A stretch of 64,000 nucleotides of DNA from an uncultured Eubacteriales bacterium (GTDB lineage: Bacteria; Bacillota; Clostridia; Christensenellales; CAG-138): NCBI GenBank assembly GCA_900318765.1, contig ONLX01000015.1, positions 5,955-69,954 on the forward strand, written 5' to 3'. The position numbers and the translations under genes are program-made. Below are positions 47,537 to 56,656 of this stretch, piece by piece (within the stretch, counting starts at the first letter, position 1; the number at the start of each line of letters is the position of its first letter). The notes under the pieces were generated by a model. The model made no database searches and was not told the origin of the DNA. It saw only the letters and a program-made list of their open reading frames with translations.

Positions 47537-49351
47537 TGATTTTGGATGAAAGTATTGATACACTGCTTCTGCAGCCGGTTCGTTCATTCCCTTCACACTC
47601 TGGATTTCCTCTTTGGTTGCCGCTTTGATGGCATCCACCGTGTAAAACCGATCCAAAAGCGCATGTTTCCGTTTTTCGCCTACTTTCGGAATCTGATCCA
47701 ATTGCGAATACAGAGCCGATTTGGACCGTAGGTTTCGATGGTATGTAATGGCAAATCGGTGCGCTTCATCCCGGATGCGTTGAACCAGATGCAGGGAAGC
47801 GCTGTTCCTGGGTAATATGATAGGTTCTTCACGGTCTGGGATGTACAGCCATTCTTCCGATTCGGCCAATGCAGCGATCGGAATATCTTCATGATTCGTC
47901 TCGCGCAGGATTTCTTCACCGATGGCAAGCTGTGTTTTCCCGCCGTCGAGAAGGAGCAAATCCGGCATCGTTCCTTCCTTAGAGAACCGGCGCGTCAAAA
48001 CTTCCTTCATGGATGCAATGTCGTCTCCGTCCTGTACCGTATGGATACGATAATGCCGGTATTCGGCCTTGTCCGGTTTTCCGTCGGTAAAGACGACCAT
48101 GGAAGAAACCGTATTCGTTCCAAAAAGGTGCGAGTTATCGAAGCATTCGATCCGACTCGGAGGAGCATCGAGCCCGAGGGCTTCCGAGAGAGTCAGCAAA
48201 GCGCCTTCATCCCGTTCCCATGCTCTGCGCTGCAGCTCCGCGTTCTTTGCCAAAAGTTCGGTGCAGTTGTGCTTTGCCATTTCAGTCAGGCGCTTCTTTT
48301 CACCTCGTTGCGGAATGGAGACAGAAACTTTGCTGTGACGCTTTTCACTCAGAATCTCAGCGATGGCAACGCTGTCGCTGTATTCTCCGTCGAGAAGGAT
48401 TTCTTTCGGGATCTCCACATCATTTGTTCCGTAATACTGCATCAGAAAAGCGCTGCGAAGGGAATTGAGATCGGAATCCCCTTCGGAAGCCATTGGAAAC
48501 GCGTGTGTTCCGATGACCTTTCCGTTACGCACATACAGCGCGAAGATCATCAACGCGTCGCCGAGAAAATCGGCAGCGAAGACGTCTGCGGATAGCCCTT
48601 TCACCGTGATTGCGACCTGCTTTTCCTGTAAAGCCCGAAGCGCTTTCAGCTTGTCCCGGATCATAGCGGCTTTCTCAAATTCCATCGCTTCGGCATACTC
48701 CGCCATCTTCTGTTCCAGTTTCGGAATCAGATCGCCGGATTTGCCGTCAAACAGTTTGATAATCTCCTGCAGATAGGCATGATACGTTTCCCGGGAAACC
48801 TGACCGCTGCATGGCGCGCAGCATTTTCCGAGATGATAGAGGAGACAGGGCCGTTCGCGACGGGCGATTGCTTTTTCGATATTCTTCTTGCAATGCCGGA
48901 TCGGGTAAAGGTCGTACGCCAAGCGAAGCTCCTCCTGGATCGACGGTCCGACGATATACGGTCCCAGATACACCGCACCGTCCTGCTTGACACGGCGCAC
49001 GATTTCGATCCGCGGAAAGTCTTGCCGTAAATCGATTCGGAAATACGGAAAGTGTTTATCATCCTTAAGCAGGATATTGTATTTCGGCAAGAACGCTTTG
49101 ATCAGATTGCTTTCCAAAGACAGAGCTTCCGTTTCACTGCTGACGACAATCGTTTCAAAATCGGCGATATGCGATACCATCGCCAAAACTTTCGGAGAAT
49201 GATTCTTGTTCGTCTGAAAGTATTGACGTACGCGATTCTTCAATATTTTTGCTTTTCCAACATAGATCACTTCGCCGTGATCGTCCAGCATTTTATAGAC
49301 GCCCGGCTTCTCGGGAAGCAAAGCAATTTTATCCTGCAGTATCTGGTTCAT
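47534..49351 (-). CDS. uvrC: Excinuclease ABC subunit C
   Basis: GIY-YIG N-terminus (PGVYKMLDDHGEVIYVGKA), the UVR domain, an endonuclease V-like domain and a C-terminal (HhH)2. Confidence 0.97.
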   Translation of the reverse strand: MNQILQDKIALLPEKPGVYKMLDDHGEVIYVGKAKILKNRVRQYFQTNKNHSPKVLAMVSHIADFETIVVSSETEALSLESNLIKAFLPKYNILLKDDKHFPYFRIDLRQDFPRIEIVRRVKQDGAVYLGPYIVGPSIQEELRLAYDLYPIRHCKKNIEKAIARRERPCLLYHLGKCCAPCSGQVSRETYHAYLQEIIKLFDGKSGDLIPKLEQKMAEYAEAMEFEKAAMIRDKLKALRALQEKQVAITVKGLSADVFAADFLGDALMIFALYVRNGKVIGTHAFPMASEGDSDLNSLRSAFLMQYYGTNDVEIPKEILLDGEYSDSVAIAEILSEKRHSKVSVSIPQRGEKKRLTEMAKHNCTELLAKNAELQRRAWERDEGALLTLSEALGLDAPPSRIECFDNSHLFGTNTVSSMVVFTDGKPDKAEYRHYRIHTVQDGDDIASMKEVLTRRFSKEGTMPDLLLLDGGKTQLAIGEEILRETNHEDIPIAALAESEEWLYIPDREEPIILPRNSASLHLVQRIRDEAHRFAITYHRNLRSKSALYSQLDQIPKVGEKRKHALLDRFYTVDAIKAATKEEIQSVKGMNEPAAEAVYQYFHPKS

Positions 49352-49932
49352 TCCGAAAATGTTCGATCTTCCGTTAAAAATCCGTTCTCCAAAAGCATCC
49401 GATACACCATCGGCGCGGGAAGGCCGATGACGTTGAAGTAGTTTCCTTTCATCCCCTGAACAAACACCGAACCGAGTCCCTGCAATCCGTATGCGCCGGC
49501 CTTATCCAGCGGTTCGCCGGTCTGAACATACCATCGAATCTCCGTATCGGTCATTGGACAGAAGGTAACTTCGGTTTCGCAGCAGCGTACATCGATGGTA
49601 TCACCATGCAGCAGCGCAACGCCGGTAAAGACGGTATGTGTGTTTTCCTGCAGCATCGATAGGTACTCGATCGCCTGCTCTTTCGAGTGTGGTTTTCCTA
49701 GTATTCTTCCGTTGAATTCCACAACGGTATCGGCTCCTAAAATGTAGTCGCCCGGGTGTTTCCGCTGTACAAATGTAGCTTTTTGAAGCGCAAGATGCAT
49801 CACGGTATCACGCGCCGTGAGTTGCTCCGGAAGAATTTCCGGTTCCGTACAAATATCCGTTTCAAAGGGGATTCCCATCCAACCGAGAATATCATGCCGC
49901 CGTGGGGATTGTGACGCCAAAATCAGTTTCAT
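49348..49932 (-). CDS. maf: Maf-family nucleoside triphosphate pyrophosphatase
   Basis: MKLILASQSPRRHDIL and GAYGLQG motifs. ATG at 49932 forms an ATGA overlap with the xth stop. Confidence 0.92.
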   Translation of the reverse strand: MKLILASQSPRRHDILGWMGIPFETDICTEPEILPEQLTARDTVMHLALQKATFVQRKHPGDYILGADTVVEFNGRILGKPHSKEQAIEYLSMLQENTHTVFTGVALLHGDTIDVRCCETEVTFCPMTDTEIRWYVQTGEPLDKAGAYGLQGLGSVFVQGMKGNYFNVIGLPAPMVYRMLLENGFLTEDRTFSE

Positions 49933-50687
49933 AAGCCCTCCGTAACGATACCGACGGGGCAGTGATCGCTGCCATACACATTCGAATAGATTGTGTGCTC
50001 CTTCAGAAAAGGAGCGTCTTCTTTGCGCATCAAAAAGTAGTCGATACGCCAACCGGCATTTCGCTCACGGGAGCGGAACCGATAGCTCCACCAGGAATAT
50101 GCATCCCGTCGATCCGGATACAAATATCGAAACGTATCGATCCAACCGCTGTTCAACAGTTCGGTAAATTTAGCGCGTTCTTCATCGGAAAAACCGGCGT
50201 TTTGATGATTCGTCGCAGGATTCTTCAGATCGATCTCCTGATGGGCGACGTTCATATCCCCGCATACGATGACCGGACGATCCTTGGCAAGCTCGCCGAG
50301 ATAGACCCGGAAACGATCCTCCCATTCCATGCGCGTGTTGAGACGTTTCAATCCGTCCTGTGCGTTCGGTGTATACACCGTTACAAACGCACATGTGGGG
50401 AAGAACAACGTAATGCAGCGCCCCTCGGCGTCCAACTCGGGATAGCCGATGCCGAACCGAACCTGGTCGGGAAGACGCTTTGTTAAAACAGCTGTTCCGG
50501 AATAGCCATTCTTTTCTGCGCTGTTCCAAATGATATGATACCCATCAAACGAGAAATCGGCCTGTTCCGGCTTCATCTTGATTTCTTGCAGCGCAAGAAT
50601 ATCCGGTTGTTCCGAAAGCAGAAACTCCGAAAATCCTTTGTTCAGGCATGCCCGCAGCCCATTCACATTCCAACTGATCCATTTCAT
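49929..50687 (-). CDS. xth: Exodeoxyribonuclease III
   Basis: MKWISWNVNGLRA, LALQEIK and SDHCPV motifs of the EEP AP-endonuclease family. Confidence 0.95.
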   Translation of the reverse strand: MKWISWNVNGLRACLNKGFSEFLLSEQPDILALQEIKMKPEQADFSFDGYHIIWNSAEKNGYSGTAVLTKRLPDQVRFGIGYPELDAEGRCITLFFPTCAFVTVYTPNAQDGLKRLNTRMEWEDRFRVYLGELAKDRPVIVCGDMNVAHQEIDLKNPATNHQNAGFSDEERAKFTELLNSGWIDTFRYLYPDRRDAYSWWSYRFRSRERNAGWRIDYFLMRKEDAPFLKEHTIYSNVYGSDHCPVGIVTEGL

Positions 50688-50716
50688 GGTTCTATTATAG
50701 CATCATGAAAATCCTC

Positions 50717-50745
50717 TTGACAAGTGAAAAGTTTTATTGTATGAT
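50717..50745 (+). promoter_or_regulatory. SigA-type promoter upstream of the Crp-family regulator
   Basis: TTGACA (50717-50722), a 17 nt spacer, then TATGAT (50740-50745). Confidence 0.5.
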
Positions 50746-50782
50746 TCTGTATCATTTGATACAAATAATAAGGTGAATTGCA

Positions 50783-51430
50783 TTGAATCGAGCCGATTTA
50801 AAACGAATTGTATCCTGTGCGCTCTTTCGAAACATTTCCCTTGAGGAGATTGAACGCCTTCTGTCTGAGTCGGATGTATCAGTTTTGACCTTTGATGCGG
50901 GTTCCTATCTGATGAGACGTGCATCAACCCACCATCGGCTCGGAATCCTATTGAAAGGGCAGGCGGTCGTTGAACGGAAAACGGATGGCGGTTTGATGCA
51001 TATGAGTCGCCTTAGAGAAAGCGACTTATTCGGAGCAGCGTCCGTGTTCTGCGAAGACGAAACATACGTGGTCGATATCCGTTGTGTGACGCCGTGTCGT
51101 GTCGTCTTCTGGAACGAAGCTGCGATTTTGCGTTGGTGTCAGCAGAACGAATCGGTTTTGAAAAACTATCTTAGGTATCTGACGACACGGATTCGTTTTC
51201 TGAACCGAAGGCTCGATGCGCTTTCGAAAAACAGCGTTCCCGGCAAATTGATGTCCTACTTTTCTTCGGAAAGTCAGGAAGGCGTGCTGACCGTAAAAAG
51301 CTATACGGAGCTTGCCGACACGCTTTGCCTGAGCCGCGCAACGTTATACCGTGCTTTGGATACCCTGTGCGCAGAAGGGAGAATTCTGCGCGACGGAAAG
51401 AAAATCATACTGTTGGAGGAATCAATCTGA
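50783..51430 (+). CDS. Crp/Fnr-family transcriptional regulator
   Basis: A cNMP-binding-like beta barrel (LFGAASVF...) and a C-terminal HTH (YTELADTLCLSRATLYRALDTL). TTG start 6 nt after AAGGTGA. Confidence 0.85.
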   Translation: MNRADLKRIVSCALFRNISLEEIERLLSESDVSVLTFDAGSYLMRRASTHHRLGILLKGQAVVERKTDGGLMHMSRLRESDLFGAASVFCEDETYVVDIRCVTPCRVVFWNEAAILRWCQQNESVLKNYLRYLTTRIRFLNRRLDALSKNSVPGKLMSYFSSESQEGVLTVKSYTELADTLCLSRATLYRALDTLCAEGRILRDGKKIILLEESI

Positions 51431-51432
51431 AC

Positions 51433-52503
51433 ATGAAAACCACTGTACTTCGCATTTTTACTGTTTTACTTTCACTGACACTTATGGCAAGCGTTTTTGC
51501 CTGCACCAAGGGTGCGCAAATTGAAACGACCCCGGAACCGTCCGCTGTACCGATCGAATCGGCAACCTCTGAACCGGTTGTTGAAGCGACGGAACAACCT
51601 ACTGCGGAGCCGACCGAGGAGCCCAAACCGGAATTGCCAGCAGAACCCGTTCGCGTCGGTGCCCTTGCGGGACCGACCGGCGTCGGCTTATCCTATCTCA
51701 TGGATCAGACCGATCGCTACAGCGTTGAACTGTTTACCGCACCCGATCAGCTCAGCCCGAAGATCATCAAAGGTGAAGTGGATATTGCCGCTGTCCCGAT
51801 CAATCTTGCATCGGTTTTGTATCAAAAAACGAATGGCGCAGTCTCTGTGATTGCCGTAAATACGCTCGGTGTTCTGTATTTTCTCGAAAATGGCGACACG
51901 ATTCATTCCGTAAACGATCTTGCCGGAAAGACGATCTACGCAACAGGGCAGGGGAGCACGCCGGAATACGTACTTGCGGAAATCCTTCGCCAGAATGATT
52001 TGGTCGATTCCGTTCAGGTCGAATACATCGCTGACAATACGGATCTGATCGCGAAGCTGATCGCAGGCGAAGCCGAGGTCGCGCTTTTGCCGGAACCGCA
52101 TGTTTCGGTTGCCTGCACGAAGGGAGAGACCGTTCGTGTTGCGCTTTCGGCCAATAATCTTTGGCAGGAGCACAACGAAGCCGCATTGGTTCAGGGCGTA
52201 TACATCGTCCGAAAAGCGTATCTGGAAGAACATGCGGACGCAGTGAATCAATTCCTTGCGGATGCAGCGGCTTCTGCAGAACGCGTCAAGACAGACGAGA
52301 ACGCGGCCGAAAAGGTCGTGGAATACGGAATCATCCCGGCCGCTCCGATTGCCAAGAAAGCGATTCCGAACTGCAACATCGTTCTGGAAACCGGGGAGTC
52401 CATGAAGAAACTCGTCTCCGCTATGCTCGATACGCTGTATCAGGCAAATCCGGCGTCCGTCGGCGGAACTCTCCCGGATGAAGCATTTTACTATGTCCCG
52501 TAA
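51433..52503 (+). CDS. NMT1/SsuA/TauA-like ABC substrate-binding lipoprotein
   Basis: Lipobox VFAC, a T/P/E-rich tether (TPEPSAVPIESATSEPVVEATEQPTAEPTEEPKPELPAEP), then a type 2 periplasmic-binding fold (VRVGALAGPTGVGLSYL...). It starts 3 nt after the regulator's stop codon. Confidence 0.8.
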   Translation: MKTTVLRIFTVLLSLTLMASVFACTKGAQIETTPEPSAVPIESATSEPVVEATEQPTAEPTEEPKPELPAEPVRVGALAGPTGVGLSYLMDQTDRYSVELFTAPDQLSPKIIKGEVDIAAVPINLASVLYQKTNGAVSVIAVNTLGVLYFLENGDTIHSVNDLAGKTIYATGQGSTPEYVLAEILRQNDLVDSVQVEYIADNTDLIAKLIAGEAEVALLPEPHVSVACTKGETVRVALSANNLWQEHNEAALVQGVYIVRKAYLEEHADAVNQFLADAAASAERVKTDENAAEKVVEYGIIPAAPIAKKAIPNCNIVLETGESMKKLVSAMLDTLYQANPASVGGTLPDEAFYYVP

Positions 52504-53254
52504 GAATCCGATCATACAATATGGCAGGATACCGTTTCTGATTCTGCTGTATCTCGGAATATGGCAGCTGCTGTCGATGCTCGTCGGCAGCAGTTTGCTG
52601 TTGCCATCGCCCTTGGAAACCGGATCACGTCTGATCTTGATTATGCGGGATCCTGCTTGCTGGAAGGATCTCGGATTCACGTTTATGCGTCTGCTCGGAG
52701 GCTATCTGATCGGCGCTGCAATCGGAATCATTCTCGCGATCCTTACCGCCAAAAGCAAAGCAATGCATTTTGTACTGTCTCCGCTGCGGGTTTTGATCCG
52801 ATCCACACCGATTCTCTCCTTTGTTCTGCTTCTGCTTGTCTCCATCGCCTCCGGATTCGTTCCGGTCACGGTTGTAGCGATCATGGTCGCGCCGATGCTC
52901 TGGGCGACGACCGAGCAGGCAATCCTGTCCTTGGATGCAAAGCTCATCGAGATGGGGAAGATTTACTTTTCTCCATGGAAACGATTTCGCCTTGTGTATC
53001 TGCCGCAAATGCTTCCGCAAATCTTGGCGTCCGCAGTCACCGCACTCGGCTTTGCCTGGAAATCGGTCATTACTGCCGAGGTGTTGTCCCTGCCGAAATT
53101 TGCCATCGGAAATCGGATGTATTTCAGCAAAATCTATCTGGAGACGCCGGATCTGATTGCTTGGACGGTTTTGGTCGTGCTGCTCTCGCTTCTTATGGAG
53201 AAGGTGCTGAACCTGCTTGTTCGGAAAGGAGTTCAGAGGTATGATACGAATTGA
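52478..53254 (+). CDS. ABC transporter permease (SsuC/TauC-like, BPD_transp_1)
   Basis: A six-TM protein with an EAA-like loop (TEQAILSLDAKLIEMGKIYFSPWKRFRLVYLPQMLP). An alternative start lies at 52493. Confidence 0.85.
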   Translation: MKHFTMSRKNPIIQYGRIPFLILLYLGIWQLLSMLVGSSLLLPSPLETGSRLILIMRDPACWKDLGFTFMRLLGGYLIGAAIGIILAILTAKSKAMHFVLSPLRVLIRSTPILSFVLLLLVSIASGFVPVTVVAIMVAPMLWATTEQAILSLDAKLIEMGKIYFSPWKRFRLVYLPQMLPQILASAVTALGFAWKSVITAEVLSLPKFAIGNRMYFSKIYLETPDLIAWTVLVVLLSLLMEKVLNLLVRKGVQRYDTN

Positions 53255-53792
53255 AAATCTGACCGTTCGGTTCGATGGAAAAACCGTTTTCGATCACGCT
53301 TCCTTTGAACTTCCGGATACCGGTATTGTGCAGCTGCAAGGCGTTTCCGGAATCGGAAAAACGACGCTTTTGCGCGTTTTGGCAAAAACGTTACAACCTG
53401 ACTCCGGTTCGGTTATGGGCTTGGAGGGAAGGACCGTTTCCTTCGTTTTTCAGGAGCCTCGCTTGCTCGAGTGGCGAACGGCGCTCGAAAACGTTGCCCT
53501 CGTTTCCGATCGGGAGACAGCGCTTTCACTGCTGGACCGACTCGGCCTTTCTGCGGAATCGAACACCCCTACAAAGAATCTTTCCGGCGGACAGAAGCAG
53601 CGCGTTTCGCTTGCCCGCGCCTTCGCGTTCGGATCGGATGTTGTTCTGCTGGACGAACCGTTTACCGGTCTGGATACGGAGAATAAGCACATCGCTGCCG
53701 ATCTAATCCGTACGGCGCGACTTGCAATTGTTGTAACGCATGAGCCGTCGGACGAAACGTTTTTGAACCCACAGAAAAAAATTCGGCTTTGA
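53241..53792 (+). CDS. ABC transporter ATP-binding protein (compact single NBD)
   Basis: Walker A GVSGIGKTT, signature LSGGQKQRVSLARA, Walker B VVLLDEP and H-loop VVTHEP. It overlaps the end of the permease gene. Confidence 0.88.
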   Translation: MIRIENLTVRFDGKTVFDHASFELPDTGIVQLQGVSGIGKTTLLRVLAKTLQPDSGSVMGLEGRTVSFVFQEPRLLEWRTALENVALVSDRETALSLLDRLGLSAESNTPTKNLSGGQKQRVSLARAFAFGSDVVLLDEPFTGLDTENKHIAADLIRTARLAIVVTHEPSDETFLNPQKKIRL

Positions 53793-53793
53793 C

Positions 53794-53822
53794 TTGCTAT
53801 TTTGCCTCTGATATGGTAAGAT
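53794..53822 (+). promoter_or_regulatory. Candidate promoter with extended -10 upstream of the hydrolase gene
   Basis: TTGCTA (53794-53799), a 17 nt spacer, then TGgTAAGAT (53814-53822). Confidence 0.4.
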
Positions 53823-53853
53823 AATGTATCTTATCATGTGCAGAGGTATTTTT

Positions 53854-54792
53854 ATGGGAATCGTTGTCCGTGAGAAACACTTTCCTTCCGCAACCGGAAT
53901 CTGTGAGATCAAATTCAAGATCTGGCAGCCGGAAGAGCCTCGCATCTGCTTGCAGATCATTCATGGCATGGCGGAGCATATCGCTCGCTACGATGCGTTT
54001 GCAAGGTTTCTTGCAGAGAACGGCGTTCTTGTGTACGGGATGGACCTTGCAGGCCACGGGAAATCCATCCGTGAAGGCGAGCCGTATGGATTCTTCGGTG
54101 AGAAAGACGGGTGGGATCATCTGATTGCCGATAATATCACGATGCATGATATGGTTTTGAAGGACTATCCGGCACTGCCTCGCGTGTTGTTTGGTCATTC
54201 GATGGGCAGCTTTCTTGCGCGGACCTATGCCGGCCGTCGCGGCCAGGATTTCAACGCGTTTATTTTTTCCGGTACTGCGGGCAGCAACCCGGCGATTTCG
54301 ATCGCAAAAGCAATCGCAAAGTCTGCGATCCGGAAGGGGAACGGCAAACAAGAGAATCATACGCTGAATAAGCTTGGATTCGGTTCCTACAATAAGCAGT
54401 TCAAACCGCAGCGTACACCGTTTGATTGGCTCTCGCGGGACAATGCGTCGGTCGACCGCTATATCGAAGATCCGCTGTGCGGATTCGTTTTCACCTCCTG
54501 CGGGTTCTACGACTTGTTTTCGGGCCTCTCTGAAATTTCCGCGAGAACCTGGGCAGAGCGCGTACCGAATAAGCCGATTCTGCTGTTCTCCGGAACGCAG
54601 GATCCGGTCGGAAACAACGGCAAGGGCGTACGACAGGTGTATCGCAGATTGAAAAAAACCGGTCATGAACCGTGCCTGAAGCTGTACGAAGGCGGACGGC
54701 ATGAAATGTTGAACGAAATCAACCGTGACGAAGTCTATCGGGACGTTTTGCTGTTCCTGGAATCCGTTGCGGCTTCGGGAGAATTGGAATGA
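53854..54792 (+). CDS. Alpha/beta hydrolase (lysophospholipase / monoacylglycerol lipase-like)
   Basis: HGMAEH oxyanion region, nucleophile elbow GHSMGS, and the C-terminal GGRHEMLNE with the catalytic His. ATG at 53854 follows AGAGG; earlier ATGs lie at or upstream of the predicted transcription start. Confidence 0.82.
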   Translation: MGIVVREKHFPSATGICEIKFKIWQPEEPRICLQIIHGMAEHIARYDAFARFLAENGVLVYGMDLAGHGKSIREGEPYGFFGEKDGWDHLIADNITMHDMVLKDYPALPRVLFGHSMGSFLARTYAGRRGQDFNAFIFSGTAGSNPAISIAKAIAKSAIRKGNGKQENHTLNKLGFGSYNKQFKPQRTPFDWLSRDNASVDRYIEDPLCGFVFTSCGFYDLFSGLSEISARTWAERVPNKPILLFSGTQDPVGNNGKGVRQVYRRLKKTGHEPCLKLYEGGRHEMLNEINRDEVYRDVLLFLESVAASGELE

Positions 54793-55460
54793 GCGTTTTG
54801 ATTTATCCGGATTCGCATACCGCCGGCGTCGCTGCGGCGACGATGTTTGCCGCCGCGCTGATGGAGAATCCCTATGCGTCTGTCGGCATTACGTACGATT
54901 CCATGCTTGAGGAAACCTATGCTTCGATGAACGCAATGCTCTCGAACGGTGTTTTCTCATTCGGGAATGCGCGGATTTATCAGCTCTGCGAATTTGTTCC
55001 GACGGAAGAGCAAACGGCGAACATTCGCAGCTTTTTGGAGGAATCGCTGTTTTCCGGATTTGTTCCGAACGATTCGCAGTATACGATTCCTTATAGGGAA
55101 AATCGGAACTGGGCCGAGATATGCACCGATTACGAGAACGATATCCTCGAACACGGCGGGCTTGATTTTTCACTTTTGGTCTTGCGAAGCGACGGGAGTT
55201 TATTGTATAATCTCCCGGGCGCGGAGATGGCGCCGATTACGCATGTGGAACTGATCGGCAACGAAAAGGTTGTTACAGCGGGGCTTGCAACGATCATGCG
55301 CTCCAAGAAGCTTTTGGTTGTCGCAACCGGAAAGGATTCAGCGCAGGCAGCTGCAAAAGCGCTCGGAGGATCGGTGGAAAGCGATCAGCCGGCAAGTTAT
55401 CTGCAGCTGCATCAAAATGTAACGTTTATTCTCGATGAAGAAGCGGCATCGCTGCTTTGA
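54789..55460 (+). CDS. NagB/6-phosphogluconolactonase-fold protein with a degenerate active site (probable pseudoenzyme)
   Basis: Collinear with glucosamine-6-phosphate deaminases (…KKLLVVATGKDSAQAAAKALGGSVESDQPASYLQLHQNVTFILDEEAASLL). The canonical motifs read GITYDSML instead of GLATGGTP, QLCEF instead of NLDEY, and DGSLLYNLP instead of NGHIGFNEP. ATGA overlap with the hydrolase gene. Confidence 0.75.
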   Translation: MSVLIYPDSHTAGVAAATMFAAALMENPYASVGITYDSMLEETYASMNAMLSNGVFSFGNARIYQLCEFVPTEEQTANIRSFLEESLFSGFVPNDSQYTIPYRENRNWAEICTDYENDILEHGGLDFSLLVLRSDGSLLYNLPGAEMAPITHVELIGNEKVVTAGLATIMRSKKLLVVATGKDSAQAAAKALGGSVESDQPASYLQLHQNVTFILDEEAASLL

Positions 55461-55489
55461 TATGGATATACTATTAGGGAGGAACTACC

Positions 55490-56230
55490 ATGTCCGGACA
55501 TTCCAAATGGGCAAACATTAAAAACAAAAAAGAGAAGACCGATGCGCAAAAAGGGAAAATCTTTACCAAGATCGGTCGTGAAATTGCAATTGCCGTAAAA
55601 GAGGGCGGCGGCGGAGACCCTGTCAACAACTCGAAATTGCGCGACGTTATCGCCAAAGCGAAGGCGGCGAACATGCCGAATGACAATATCAGTCGTTCGA
55701 TCAAAAAGGCCATGGGTGACGCAAACGCTGCCAACTATGAAGAGATCACGTATGAGGGCTATGGCCCGGGCAACATCGCTGTTATCGTCGATGTTCTGAC
55801 CGATAATCGCAACCGGATCGCGGCGGAAATGCGGCATATCTTCGATAAGAGCGGCGGAAACATGGGCAACTCCGGTTCCGTATCCTGGATGTTTGATAAA
55901 AAAGGACAGATCGTCATCGAACGGACTGCTTTGATGGATGAAGACGAAGTGATGATGCAGGCACTCGATGCCGGCGCGGAGGATTTCGTTTCGAATGACG
56001 ATGCGTTTGAAGTTTACACCGCGCCGAACGATTTCTCTGCCGTCCGGGAAACGTTGGAAGGGTATGGATATACGTTTTTGACCGCGGAAGTCAATATGAT
56101 TCCGCAGAACACGACCGAGATCACCGATGCCGAGACGATCGAGAAGATCGAGCGGTTCCTGGAGCGTCTTGACGATAATGACGATGTTCAGGAAGTCTAT
56201 CACAACGGTTCGTGGGAAGAGAACGAATAA
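55490..56230 (+). CDS. yebC: YebC/PmpR-family DNA-binding regulatory protein
   Basis: [27 protein letters not shown] is the canonical YebC N-terminus. Confidence 0.95.
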   Translation: MSGHSKWANIKNKKEKTDAQKGKIFTKIGREIAIAVKEGGGGDPVNNSKLRDVIAKAKAANMPNDNISRSIKKAMGDANAANYEEITYEGYGPGNIAVIVDVLTDNRNRIAAEMRHIFDKSGGNMGNSGSVSWMFDKKGQIVIERTALMDEDEVMMQALDAGAEDFVSNDDAFEVYTAPNDFSAVRETLEGYGYTFLTAEVNMIPQNTTEITDAETIEKIERFLERLDDNDDVQEVYHNGSWEENE

Positions 56231-56278
56231 TTCACGGCATTTGTGTCGTATATTGAATCATGAAAAGGAGGCTGCAAT

Positions 56279-56635
56279 ATGGCGCTTAGTCTTGTGAACG
56301 ATATCGGAAAGATCCATATTTCCGAAGATATCATCGCTGTTATTGCCGGTTATGCCGCAATGGAAAATTACGGGATTATCGGCATGTGCGCCCGTACTGC
56401 GGGTGATGCGTTTGTCGAGCTTTTTGGCGGAGACAATCTGCAAAAAGGTGTGAAGATCGAGAAAATCAACGACGCGCAGGTGGATGTTTCGCTGCATGTC
56501 GCGTTGCAGTACGGCGTTTCTCTGCCGGCTGTTGCGGAGAATACCAAGAAGAATGTAAAGTATCGCATTGAGGATATGACCGGCGTTCCCGTGCGAAACG
56601 TGAATATTTTCGTAGAAAGTATTCGTGTTAACTGA
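56279..56635 (+). CDS. yloU: Asp23/Gls24-family alkaline shock protein
   Basis: The IHISEDIIAVIAGYAAMENYGIIGM pattern, in the conserved position upstream of the DAK2-domain gene. Confidence 0.85.
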   Translation: MALSLVNDIGKIHISEDIIAVIAGYAAMENYGIIGMCARTAGDAFVELFGGDNLQKGVKIEKINDAQVDVSLHVALQYGVSLPAVAENTKKNVKYRIEDMTGVPVRNVNIFVESIRVN

Positions 56636-56656
56636 CGACGAACGGAGGTTAGAGCA

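Noticed and set aside
52561-53244. A 227 aa plus-strand ORF in an alternate frame within the ABC permease gene.
   Set aside because: The overlapping frame starting at 52478 encodes a canonical six-TM permease with an EAA loop. The alternate frame is Arg/Ser/Cys-rich with no motifs.
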